DNA of 64,000 bases, taken from contig JBBDWU010000045.1 of assembly GCA_040902725.1 (NCBI GenBank), positions 3,341 through 67,340 on the forward strand. The letters are read 5' to 3'. Under the pieces are notes generated by a model, which was not told where the DNA came from, searched no databases, and saw only the letters and a program-made list of their open reading frames with translations. The stretch comes from Gaiellaceae bacterium. GTDB taxonomy: Bacteria; Actinomycetota; Thermoleophilia; Gaiellales; Gaiellaceae. Numbering within the stretch: the first letter of the stretch is position 1; every line of letters starts with the position of its first letter. Below are positions 8,138 to 15,304 of this stretch, piece after piece. Position numbers and translations under genes: made by a program.

Positions 8138-8815
8138 TTACGTACCGGGTAGGAGCCGCTCGCGGGGGAAGCGCTCGGGGCCGCGGAACGCGTACTCGTC
8201 CTTGAAGGCGTCGAACGTCTCCGGGTCGAACCCAGGGCACTCGGCGAGGACGCCCTGCCCCGGCGCAGGCTCCTGGCCGGGCGAGACGTCGGGCGACGTC
8301 CACGCGGCCAGCGCGATCTGGTCGCCGAGCGAAGGCAACGGGGCGACGATGATGCCGTTCGGGTCGTCCCGGTACCACTCCACGATCTCCGCGACGGTCG
8401 CCTCCGTCACGTCTCGGCCGTACTGGACGACCATTGCCCCGTGCTCGAGGTTGTGCACGAGCCGGAACTGCTCCACCGGCTCCGTGTAGACGTCCCAGAT
8501 CGCCGGGATGGGATAGTGCGGGCCGCTCGACGGCGGCGTCGTGTTGTACTCGAAGCCCTCCTCGAGCTGCTCGACGTGGGAGGCGGCCATCGCCGGCTGC
8601 TTCTCGATCGTGCAGCCTGCGGCGCGCAGCGTCGCGTCCGTCCCGTCTCCGCGCAGCACGACCACGGCCAGGACGATCGCGCCCGCGACGACGATCGCCG
8701 CCCCCGCCAGACCGCCGATGAGCAGGCGATTGGGGCCCTTGACGGTCTCGGTCTTGCGCTGCTTGGGCGCCTGGACGCGGCGCGGCGGCTGGGGAGTGCG
8801 CGACTTCTTCGCCAC
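8138..8815 (-). CDS. DUF3105-family membrane-anchored protein
   Basis: It has a basic N-terminus, one TM helix, and then SGPHYP..HNLEHGAMVVQY, which are characteristic DUF3105 motifs (from memory). Confidence 0.75.
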   Translation of the reverse strand: MAKKSRTPQPPRRVQAPKQRKTETVKGPNRLLIGGLAGAAIVVAGAIVLAVVVLRGDGTDATLRAAGCTIEKQPAMAASHVEQLEEGFEYNTTPPSSGPHYPIPAIWDVYTEPVEQFRLVHNLEHGAMVVQYGRDVTEATVAEIVEWYRDDPNGIIVAPLPSLGDQIALAAWTSPDVSPGQEPAPGQGVLAECPGFDPETFDAFKDEYAFRGPERFPRERLLPGT

Positions 8816-8902
8816 GTCGGCGGCGATGCTACCAGCGGTTGCGACGTGCCCCGGACCGCGAAAAAGGTCATGCTAGGCCTGGGATCCCGACAAGGAGGGA
8901 CA

Positions 8903-9082
8903 ATGGGATGGCTTGACAAGCTCCTCGGCCGAGGCAAGAAGTCCGGGGAAGACAAGATGGGCGGCTCGTCCGCGGACCAGCAGGGCATGGGCTCGCAGCA
9001 GTCCGGCGGCATGGGCGGCGACCAGTCCGGCACGCAGCAGGGCTCGGGCACCGATGAGGGCTCGGAGCGCGAAGGGATGTAG
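8903..9082 (+). CDS. 59-aa Gly/Gln/Ser-rich small protein
   Basis: A strong SD (caaggaggga) precedes ATG 8903 by 2 nt. The product is MGWLDKLLGRGKKSGEDKMGGSSADQQGMGSQQSGGMGGDQSGTQQGSGTDEGSEREGM. The N-terminal MGxLDKxxG motif recalls small actinobacterial stress/antitoxin-annotated proteins, but that resemblance is weak. Confidence 0.5.
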   Translation: MGWLDKLLGRGKKSGEDKMGGSSADQQGMGSQQSGGMGGDQSGTQQGSGTDEGSEREGM

Positions 9083-9151
9083 AAACGCGGGCGGGGGGCG
9101 CTGAAACGGCGCCCCCGCTCCGTCCGACCCACTCTCTACCGTTCCCGGGCC

Positions 9152-10153
9152 ATGGTCTCCACGGCCCTCATTGGCATCCTCTCGTTCGGCCTCGCCGCGG
9201 CCGGCGTCTGGCTCGTGCGCACCCTTCGCCGCGAGCTCGCCTCGCTCCGCGTCGAGACCCGCGCCGAGCTGGCCGAGCGCAGCGCCGAGCTCGATCGCCG
9301 GCTCGGCGGCCTGAACGAGACGCTCGACCGTCGGCTCGAGAACGCGTCGTCGACCACGAAGGAGATCCACGAGCGGCTCGGCAAGCTCGGCGAGGCGACG
9401 TCGCAGATGAACGAGCGCGTGCGCGACCTGGCACGGCTCGAGCAGGCGTTGCGGCCGCCCAAGGCCCGCGGCGGCTTCGGCGAGCTGATGCTCGGCAACC
9501 TGCTCCAGGACCGGCTGCCCCCGGACGCTTTCCAGCTCCAGTACACGTTCTCGGGCGGCGAGCGCGTGGACGCCGTGATCCGCGTCGAGAAGCTCGTCCC
9601 GATCGACGCCAAGTTCCCGCTCGACAACTTCCACCGGGCGATCGAGGCGGAGTCCGACGACGTGCGCACGCTCCACGAGAAGGCCTTCGCGCGCGACCTG
9701 AAGGGCCACATCGACGCGATCGCGAGCAAATACATCCGGCCCGAGGAAGGCACATATGACTTCGCGCTCATGTATCTGCCCTCCGAGGCGGTCTACTACG
9801 AGCTCGTCTGCGGGAAGACAGGTGCGCTGCACGAGTACGCAATGGGCAAGCGCGTCTTCCCGGTCTCGCCTACGACGCTCATGGCCTACTTGCAGGTGAT
9901 CATTCTCGGTCTACGCGGATTGCAGATCGAGCAGCACGCCCAGGAAGTGATGACCTACGTCTCCGAGCTCCAGCGCGACTTCGGCCGCTTCCGGGACGAC
10001 TTCGAGGTCGTCGGCAAGCACCTCGGCAACGCCAAGACGAAGTACGACGAGGCGGAGAAGCGGCTCGACCGCTTCGACGGCAAGCTGGAGCGGGCGGCCG
10101 AGCAGGAAACGCTGGACGTGGGCGCCGAAGTGCGCGCCCTCGACGCCGCCTAG
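9152..10153 (+). CDS. rmuC: DNA recombination protein RmuC
   Basis: It has an N-terminal TM helix and coiled coil, followed by ARGGFGELMLGNLL..VDAVI..IDAKFPL..DFALMYLPSEAVY. Confidence 0.88.
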   Translation: MVSTALIGILSFGLAAAGVWLVRTLRRELASLRVETRAELAERSAELDRRLGGLNETLDRRLENASSTTKEIHERLGKLGEATSQMNERVRDLARLEQALRPPKARGGFGELMLGNLLQDRLPPDAFQLQYTFSGGERVDAVIRVEKLVPIDAKFPLDNFHRAIEAESDDVRTLHEKAFARDLKGHIDAIASKYIRPEEGTYDFALMYLPSEAVYYELVCGKTGALHEYAMGKRVFPVSPTTLMAYLQVIILGLRGLQIEQHAQEVMTYVSELQRDFGRFRDDFEVVGKHLGNAKTKYDEAEKRLDRFDGKLERAAEQETLDVGAEVRALDAA

Positions 10154-10208
10154 CCGGTAGCAACTGGCGGGGCGCTCGACTGAGCCCGGCCGTGTACGTT
10201 GCGGCCAC

Positions 10209-10892
10209 GTGATCACGGCGCTCCTCTTCGACTTCGACGGCGTGATCGTCGATACGGAGGTTCCGACATTCCAGTCGTGGCGCGATACCTACGCCGAGTA
10301 CGGTGTCGACCTTGCGCTTGACGACTGGCTGCCCGCAGTTGGCAGCGGGAGCTCGACGTCAGGCGCTTTCGATGCCGTTGCCCATCTCGAACGGCTGACC
10401 GGAATTACCGTTGATCGGGAGGCGGTCATTGCAAAGAGAACGCAGCGAAAGGCTGAGCTGTACGCGCGCGCTCCGCTCCTGCCCGGCGTGCGCGAACGGC
10501 TCGCGGAAGCTCGGGAACGCGGCTTGAAGACGGCGATCGTCACACGAAACCGTGACGACCGAGTGAGGGCGCAGTGTCACACCGTAGGCCTCAACCACCA
10601 ATGGCAGGCACTCATCTGCGCGAACGAGGACCCGATGCGCGACAAGGCAGAGCTCTATCGGCACGCGCTCACCGTTCTCGAAGTTCACGCGAACCAGGCG
10701 TTGGCGTTCGAGGACTCGCCGGCGGGCGTTCGCGCGGCCAAGCAGGCGCAAGTGCTTTGCGCCGCCGTCCCGAGCGAGATCACGCGCGGTGCAGCGTTCG
10801 ACGAAGCCGACATCGTGCTTTCGTCCCTCGCTGAGCATCCGTTGGCCGAGATCGTGCGTCTGGCGGCTGCCGCCAGAGCGCCTAGTACCTGA
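10209..10892 (+). CDS. HAD-IA family hydrolase (beta-phosphoglucomutase-like)
   Basis: MITALLFDFDGVIVDTE (DxDG motif I), VTRN (motif II region) and AFEDSPAGVRAAKQAQ (motif III/IV). It is noticeably less GC-rich than its neighbours. Confidence 0.85.
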   Translation: MITALLFDFDGVIVDTEVPTFQSWRDTYAEYGVDLALDDWLPAVGSGSSTSGAFDAVAHLERLTGITVDREAVIAKRTQRKAELYARAPLLPGVRERLAEARERGLKTAIVTRNRDDRVRAQCHTVGLNHQWQALICANEDPMRDKAELYRHALTVLEVHANQALAFEDSPAGVRAAKQAQVLCAAVPSEITRGAAFDEADIVLSSLAEHPLAEIVRLAAAARAPST

Positions 10893-12021
10893 GCAGCGCG
10901 CCGATCCCCTCGGCCGGATCGAGGTCGGGCCGGTCGCCGACCGCGCGCACGGTGCCGCCGTGCGCGAGCGTCTGGTGGACGGCGAGGTCGAGCCCCTCTC
11001 CGCGCGGCTCCATCTGCGTCCCGTCGAGCGGGCAGCTGCCGTCGGCGACGTCAACCCGCCCGCAGCGCGGGCACTGGTACGCCTCCCGGTTGGCGCCGTC
11101 GCGGTAGAGCAAGAGCTCCACGCGCCCGTCCGAGGCCGCCTCCAGCACGCGCTCCCAGCCCGCGGCGGCGCGGCCGTTCCGGCCCGCCTCCTCCCGCCAG
11201 CGGTCGAGCGCGGCCGTCTCCTGCCGGACACGCCACTCCTGCAGCACCGGCGTCGCCAGCTCGAGCAGCTGCGCGGGGGTCGCATGTGCTTCCGCGTGCG
11301 TCCAGCCGGCCAGGGCGGCGCGGGTGTCCTGGGCCAGCAGCTCCTCGAACTCGTTGCGCATCGGCTCCGGGCAGACGATCACCACGCCCGGCCCGTGCAG
11401 CCGGCGCACCACCCGGTTGAGGGCGGAGGCCACGCGGCGCATGTGCTCCGCCGAAAGCTCGTCGATGTGCCGCTGGAAACGCGCCTGGGACCAGCCGCCC
11501 TGGTCGTGCCGGCCCGGCTGCTCGTCCCGCTCGTCGACCGCCTCGTGCAGCTTCCCGTCGCGCAGCCGGTAGACCTCGCCGCGCTCGCGGCTGACCATCG
11601 CGACCAGCGCCCCGTCCCCGCGCCCCACGAGCGGCACGAGCGGCGCGAGGTAGAGCTCGTTCGCCACCTTGACGGTGTCCGGAACGGGCTCGGTCAGCTG
11701 GAGCACCTGCCACAGGTTGTCGGGCCCGTCCGCGAAGACCGCGAGGCCTTGCGACCCCTGCCGGTCGAAGTCGTCGTCGAGGTAGCGGCGGATGCGCTCG
11801 AAGTCGGCCTTGAGCCCCGCGCGCTGGTCGTGAGACAGGTCGCCCTGCGAGGCCATGCGCCGCTCGCCCTCGCTGAGGAGCGAGTTGGCGTGCGCGGCGA
11901 CGTCGCCCGCGGTGGGCGCGACGCTCGGATCGAGATCGAGGTAGAGGCTGATCGCTCGGCCGCGCGCGGCCCGGAAGGCCGCCAGCTCTTTCAGCTTCTC
12001 CCAACTGACGGTGGCTGCCAT
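10882..12021 (-). CDS. Bacterial eRF1-like / Vms1(VLRF1)-like release-factor-fold protein with a Zn-ribbon insert
   Basis: The 379-aa product has the three-domain eRF1-like layout by eye. The central loop reads GRHDQGGWSQARFQRH, and the C-terminal domain has CPRCG..x9..CPLDG. An SD (aggggg) lies 4 nt before ATG 12021. Confidence 0.6.
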   Translation of the reverse strand: MAATVSWEKLKELAAFRAARGRAISLYLDLDPSVAPTAGDVAAHANSLLSEGERRMASQGDLSHDQRAGLKADFERIRRYLDDDFDRQGSQGLAVFADGPDNLWQVLQLTEPVPDTVKVANELYLAPLVPLVGRGDGALVAMVSRERGEVYRLRDGKLHEAVDERDEQPGRHDQGGWSQARFQRHIDELSAEHMRRVASALNRVVRRLHGPGVVIVCPEPMRNEFEELLAQDTRAALAGWTHAEAHATPAQLLELATPVLQEWRVRQETAALDRWREEAGRNGRAAAGWERVLEAASDGRVELLLYRDGANREAYQCPRCGRVDVADGSCPLDGTQMEPRGEGLDLAVHQTLAHGGTVRAVGDRPDLDPAEGIGALLRY

Positions 12022-12099
12022 GTACCCCCTGTTGCCTGCGAGTCGGCGATTGTAGTCATAGGCGCCTGACCGGAAGCTCCGACCGACGGGTTTCGTTTA

Positions 12100-13080
12100 A
12101 TGCAGTACATGGACGTCCGCAAGCTGATCGTCGTCGGCGGCGGCCCCGCCGGCTACGCGGCCGCGCTCTACGCGGCCCGCGCCAACCTGGACCCGCTGGT
12201 GATCGAGGGCTTCCAGTGGGGCGGTCAGCTGATGATCACGAGCGACGTCGAGAACTATCCGGGCTACGCGGACGGAATCCTCGGGCCCGAGATGATGCAG
12301 GACTTCCGGCGCCAGGCCGAGCGCTTCGGCGCCGAGTACCTCACCGACGACGTCACCAAGGTCGACTTCTCGGAGCGGCCGTTCCGCGTCTGGGTCGGCG
12401 ACGACGAATTCCGGGCTGAGACGGTCATCGTCGCCACCGGCGCGACCGCACGGCAGATCGGGATCGAGAGCGAGCGGAAGCTCCAGGGGCGGGGCGTCAC
12501 GTACTGCGCGGTCTGCGACGCGGCCTTCTACCGCGGCAAGGAAGTCGTGGTCGTCGGCGGCGGCGACTCGGCGATGGAGGAGGCGATCTTCACGACGAAG
12601 TTCGCCGACCGAGTGACGGTCGTCCACCGCCGAAACGAGTTCCGCGCGTCGCAGATCATGGTCGATCGCGCCCGCCAGAACGACAAGATCGAGTTCCTGA
12701 CCCCGTTCGTCATCGAGGAAGTGCTCGGCGACGAGAAGATGGCCGGCGTGCGGCTCCGCAACGTCGACACCGACGAGACGCAGGAGCTCGCCGCCGACGG
12801 CCTCTTCGTCGCCATCGGGCACGACCCGACCACGGCGCTCTTCCTCGACTGGCTCGACCATGACGAGGCGGGCTATCTCGTGGCAAAGCCCGGCTCCACC
12901 GAGACGAACGTCCCCGGTGTCTTCGCCGCGGGCGACGTCCAGGACCACGTCTACCGCCAGGCGGTCACGGCCGCCGGCTCCGGCTGCATGGCGGCGCTCG
13001 ACGCCGAGCGCTTCCTGGCCGCCCAGGAGGGTCACCTCGCCACGGCGCTGACCGCGCCCCGGGCCGAGGCTGAGCGCTAG
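12100..13080 (+). CDS. trxB: Thioredoxin-disulfide reductase
   Basis: VVGGGPAGYAAALYAAR, the redox-active CAVCDAAF, and a second Rossmann motif VVVVGGGDSAMEEA. Confidence 0.95.
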   Translation: MQYMDVRKLIVVGGGPAGYAAALYAARANLDPLVIEGFQWGGQLMITSDVENYPGYADGILGPEMMQDFRRQAERFGAEYLTDDVTKVDFSERPFRVWVGDDEFRAETVIVATGATARQIGIESERKLQGRGVTYCAVCDAAFYRGKEVVVVGGGDSAMEEAIFTTKFADRVTVVHRRNEFRASQIMVDRARQNDKIEFLTPFVIEEVLGDEKMAGVRLRNVDTDETQELAADGLFVAIGHDPTTALFLDWLDHDEAGYLVAKPGSTETNVPGVFAAGDVQDHVYRQAVTAAGSGCMAALDAERFLAAQEGHLATALTAPRAEAER

Positions 13081-13089
13081 CCTCGGGTC

Positions 13090-13524
13090 GTGCCCTTCTT
13101 CATCTGCCCGAACTGCAAGCAGCGCTCGCTGGACCACGACGGCCGCCACGGCCTCCTCGACCACGCTGTCGCCTGCGAGAGCTGCGGCTTCGGGTTCCTC
13201 TTCGAGCTGATCGAGGACTACTACCCCGGCCCCAACACCGGCTTCGTGGTCTGCGACGCGCGCCGGCGGGTGCTCGCGCTCGGCCGCGGCGTGTTCGAGC
13301 TGACCGGCTACCGCGAGGAGGACGTGATTGGGCGTGACGTCACGGAGGCATTCGGCCTCTCCGACGAGACCCCCGCGGCCACCGCGGTCGAGTGGGGCGT
13401 CCGCAAGCTGGGGCAACGGCTCGAGCTGCGCACCCGCGCCGGGACGACGAAGCCGGTCACCGCCGACTTCTTCCCGGCCTACGACGACGACGGCGGCCTG
13501 CTGGTCGCGCTAGCACCGGGGTAG
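13090..13524 (+). CDS. Zn-ribbon + PAS-domain small protein
   Basis: GTG 13090 gives MPFFICPNCKQRS..x20..CESCGF (a four-Cys ribbon). A PAS-like segment follows: FVVCDARRRVLALGRGVFELTGYREEDVIGRDVTEAFG..RTRAGTTKPVTADFFPAYDDDGGLLV. Confidence 0.6.
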   Translation: MPFFICPNCKQRSLDHDGRHGLLDHAVACESCGFGFLFELIEDYYPGPNTGFVVCDARRRVLALGRGVFELTGYREEDVIGRDVTEAFGLSDETPAATAVEWGVRKLGQRLELRTRAGTTKPVTADFFPAYDDDGGLLVALAPG

Positions 13525-13527
13525 GCG

Positions 13528-14649
13528 GTGCCCGAGGTCGCGATCGTCGGCGGCGGGGTCATGGGCGCTTCGATCGCCTACCACCTCGCGGCGGCCGGGA
13601 TCGACGACGTCGTCCTCTACGAACGGGCCGCGCTCGCGTCCGGCCCCACCGGCCGCTCGACGGCGCTGATCCGGCTCCACTACTCGCAGCCGCTGCTCGT
13701 CCGCATGGCCGCGCACGGCCTGCGGCTCTACTCGTCGTTCCGCGAGGCCGTCGGCCGGGACTCGGGCTTCACGCGCACCGGGCTGCTCGTCGCCGCGCCG
13801 GAGGCCGAGCGGGCCGCGCTCGAGCGCAACGTCGAGGTCGGCCGCGGAGAGGGCGCCTCGATGGAGCTCCTCGACGCGGATCAGGTCGCCGAGATCGAGC
13901 CACGACTGGTCGCGGACGGGCTCACGTTCGCCTTCGAGCCCGAGGCCGGCTACTGCGACCCCTATCTCGTCACCGCAGGCTTCGCCGAGGCCGCGCGCGG
14001 CGCCGGCGTGCGAATCGAGGAGGGGAGCCCGGTGGAGTCCGTCGAGTCGCTCCACGCAGACCTCACCGTGATCGCAGCGGGCCCGTGGTCGGGCCCGCTG
14101 CTGCGGCCGCTCGGCTACGAGCTGCCGATCCGCCCCGCCCGGGCCGAGGTGGGCCGCTTCCGTCTCCCCGCCGACTTCGGCTCGTCCCCGCCGGCCCTGG
14201 CCGACTTCTCCGAGTCCCAGCTCTACTTCGTGCCGAAGGACGGCGGCATCCTCGAGGTCGGCACCCTCGATCCCGAGCACGCCGAGCACCCGATCGACCC
14301 CGACGAATGCCCCGAAGGAGCGGAGGCCGAGACGCTCGCGGCCTTCCGTGCGGCCCTCACCGCGCGACTCCGGGGCGCCGAGCGTGGCCACTGGCGCGGC
14401 TCCTGGTCGGCCGTGTACGACGTCACTCCCGACTGGCACCCCGCGATCGGCTACGCCGCCGAGCGCGTGATCGTGGCCGCCGGCTTCTCGGGCCACGGCT
14501 TGAAGCTCGCCCCGGCGGTGGGGACGGCCGTGGCCGAGCTCGTCCGCGACGGCCGCTCGTCCACGTACGACATCGGCCTGCTCGACCCGGGCCGCTTCGA
14601 GCGCGGCGAGCTCGTCAAGACGACGTACGGCTACTCGGTACTCGGCTAG
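13528..14649 (+). CDS. FAD-dependent oxidoreductase (DAO / sarcosine oxidase beta-like)
   Basis: VAIVGGGVMGASIAYHLA..YE is an FAD dinucleotide-binding motif, and the C-terminal GFSGHGLKLAPAVG is typical of the DAO family. Confidence 0.85.
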   Translation: MPEVAIVGGGVMGASIAYHLAAAGIDDVVLYERAALASGPTGRSTALIRLHYSQPLLVRMAAHGLRLYSSFREAVGRDSGFTRTGLLVAAPEAERAALERNVEVGRGEGASMELLDADQVAEIEPRLVADGLTFAFEPEAGYCDPYLVTAGFAEAARGAGVRIEEGSPVESVESLHADLTVIAAGPWSGPLLRPLGYELPIRPARAEVGRFRLPADFGSSPPALADFSESQLYFVPKDGGILEVGTLDPEHAEHPIDPDECPEGAEAETLAAFRAALTARLRGAERGHWRGSWSAVYDVTPDWHPAIGYAAERVIVAAGFSGHGLKLAPAVGTAVAELVRDGRSSTYDIGLLDPGRFERGELVKTTYGYSVLG

Positions 14650-15304
14650 CCGGGCAGAGCTCGGAGATCACGCAGTCCTCGCAGCGCGGGTTGCGCGCGA
14701 TGCAGATCCGGCGGCCGTGCCAGATCAGCAGGTGCGGGAAGCGCCCCCAATCGGACCGCGGGACGAGCCGAATCAGGTCGCGTTCGATCTTCACGGGATC
14801 CTCCTGGCGCGTGAAACCGAGCCGCTGGGAGAGCCGCCGCACATGGGTGTCGACGACGACGCCCTGCGCGTGCCCGAGCTCGGCGGCCACGACGTTCGCC
14901 GTCTTCCGCCCCACTCCCGGCAGCCGCACGAGCTCCTCCAGCCGGCGCGGGACCTCTCCGTCGAACTCCTCCAGGAGGCCGCGCATCGTGCCGCGGATCG
15001 CCTTCGCCTTCTGGCGGAAGAACCCCGTGGCGTAGATGTCCCGCTCGAGCTCCTCCGGCGGGACGGCGAGGTAGTCCTCCGGGCGGCGGTACTTCAAGAA
15101 CAGCCGCTCGGTCACGCGGTTCACGTTCACGTCTGTCGTCTGAGCGGACAACATGACCGAGACGAGCAGCTCGAGGTCGCTGCGGAACCGGAGCGCGATC
15201 GCCGCGTCGTCGTGCTCTGCCACGAGCCGCTCGACGATCGGCCTGATCCGCGCGCGCTTGGGGCCGACGCGGCGCCTCGCCTCCGCGACGTATGACCTAG
15301 CCAA
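14615..15304 (-). CDS. nth: Endonuclease III
   Basis: LSAQTTD..HhH LPGVGRKTANVV..VDTHV, plus the Fe-S cluster C-x6-C-x2-C-x5-C (CIARNPRCEDCVISELC). The start is taken at TTG 15304, overlapping the addA stop by 8 nt. Confidence 0.9.
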   Translation of the reverse strand: MARSYVAEARRRVGPKRARIRPIVERLVAEHDDAAIALRFRSDLELLVSVMLSAQTTDVNVNRVTERLFLKYRRPEDYLAVPPEELERDIYATGFFRQKAKAIRGTMRGLLEEFDGEVPRRLEELVRLPGVGRKTANVVAAELGHAQGVVVDTHVRRLSQRLGFTRQEDPVKIERDLIRLVPRSDWGRFPHLLIWHGRRICIARNPRCEDCVISELCPASRVPSSRTSS

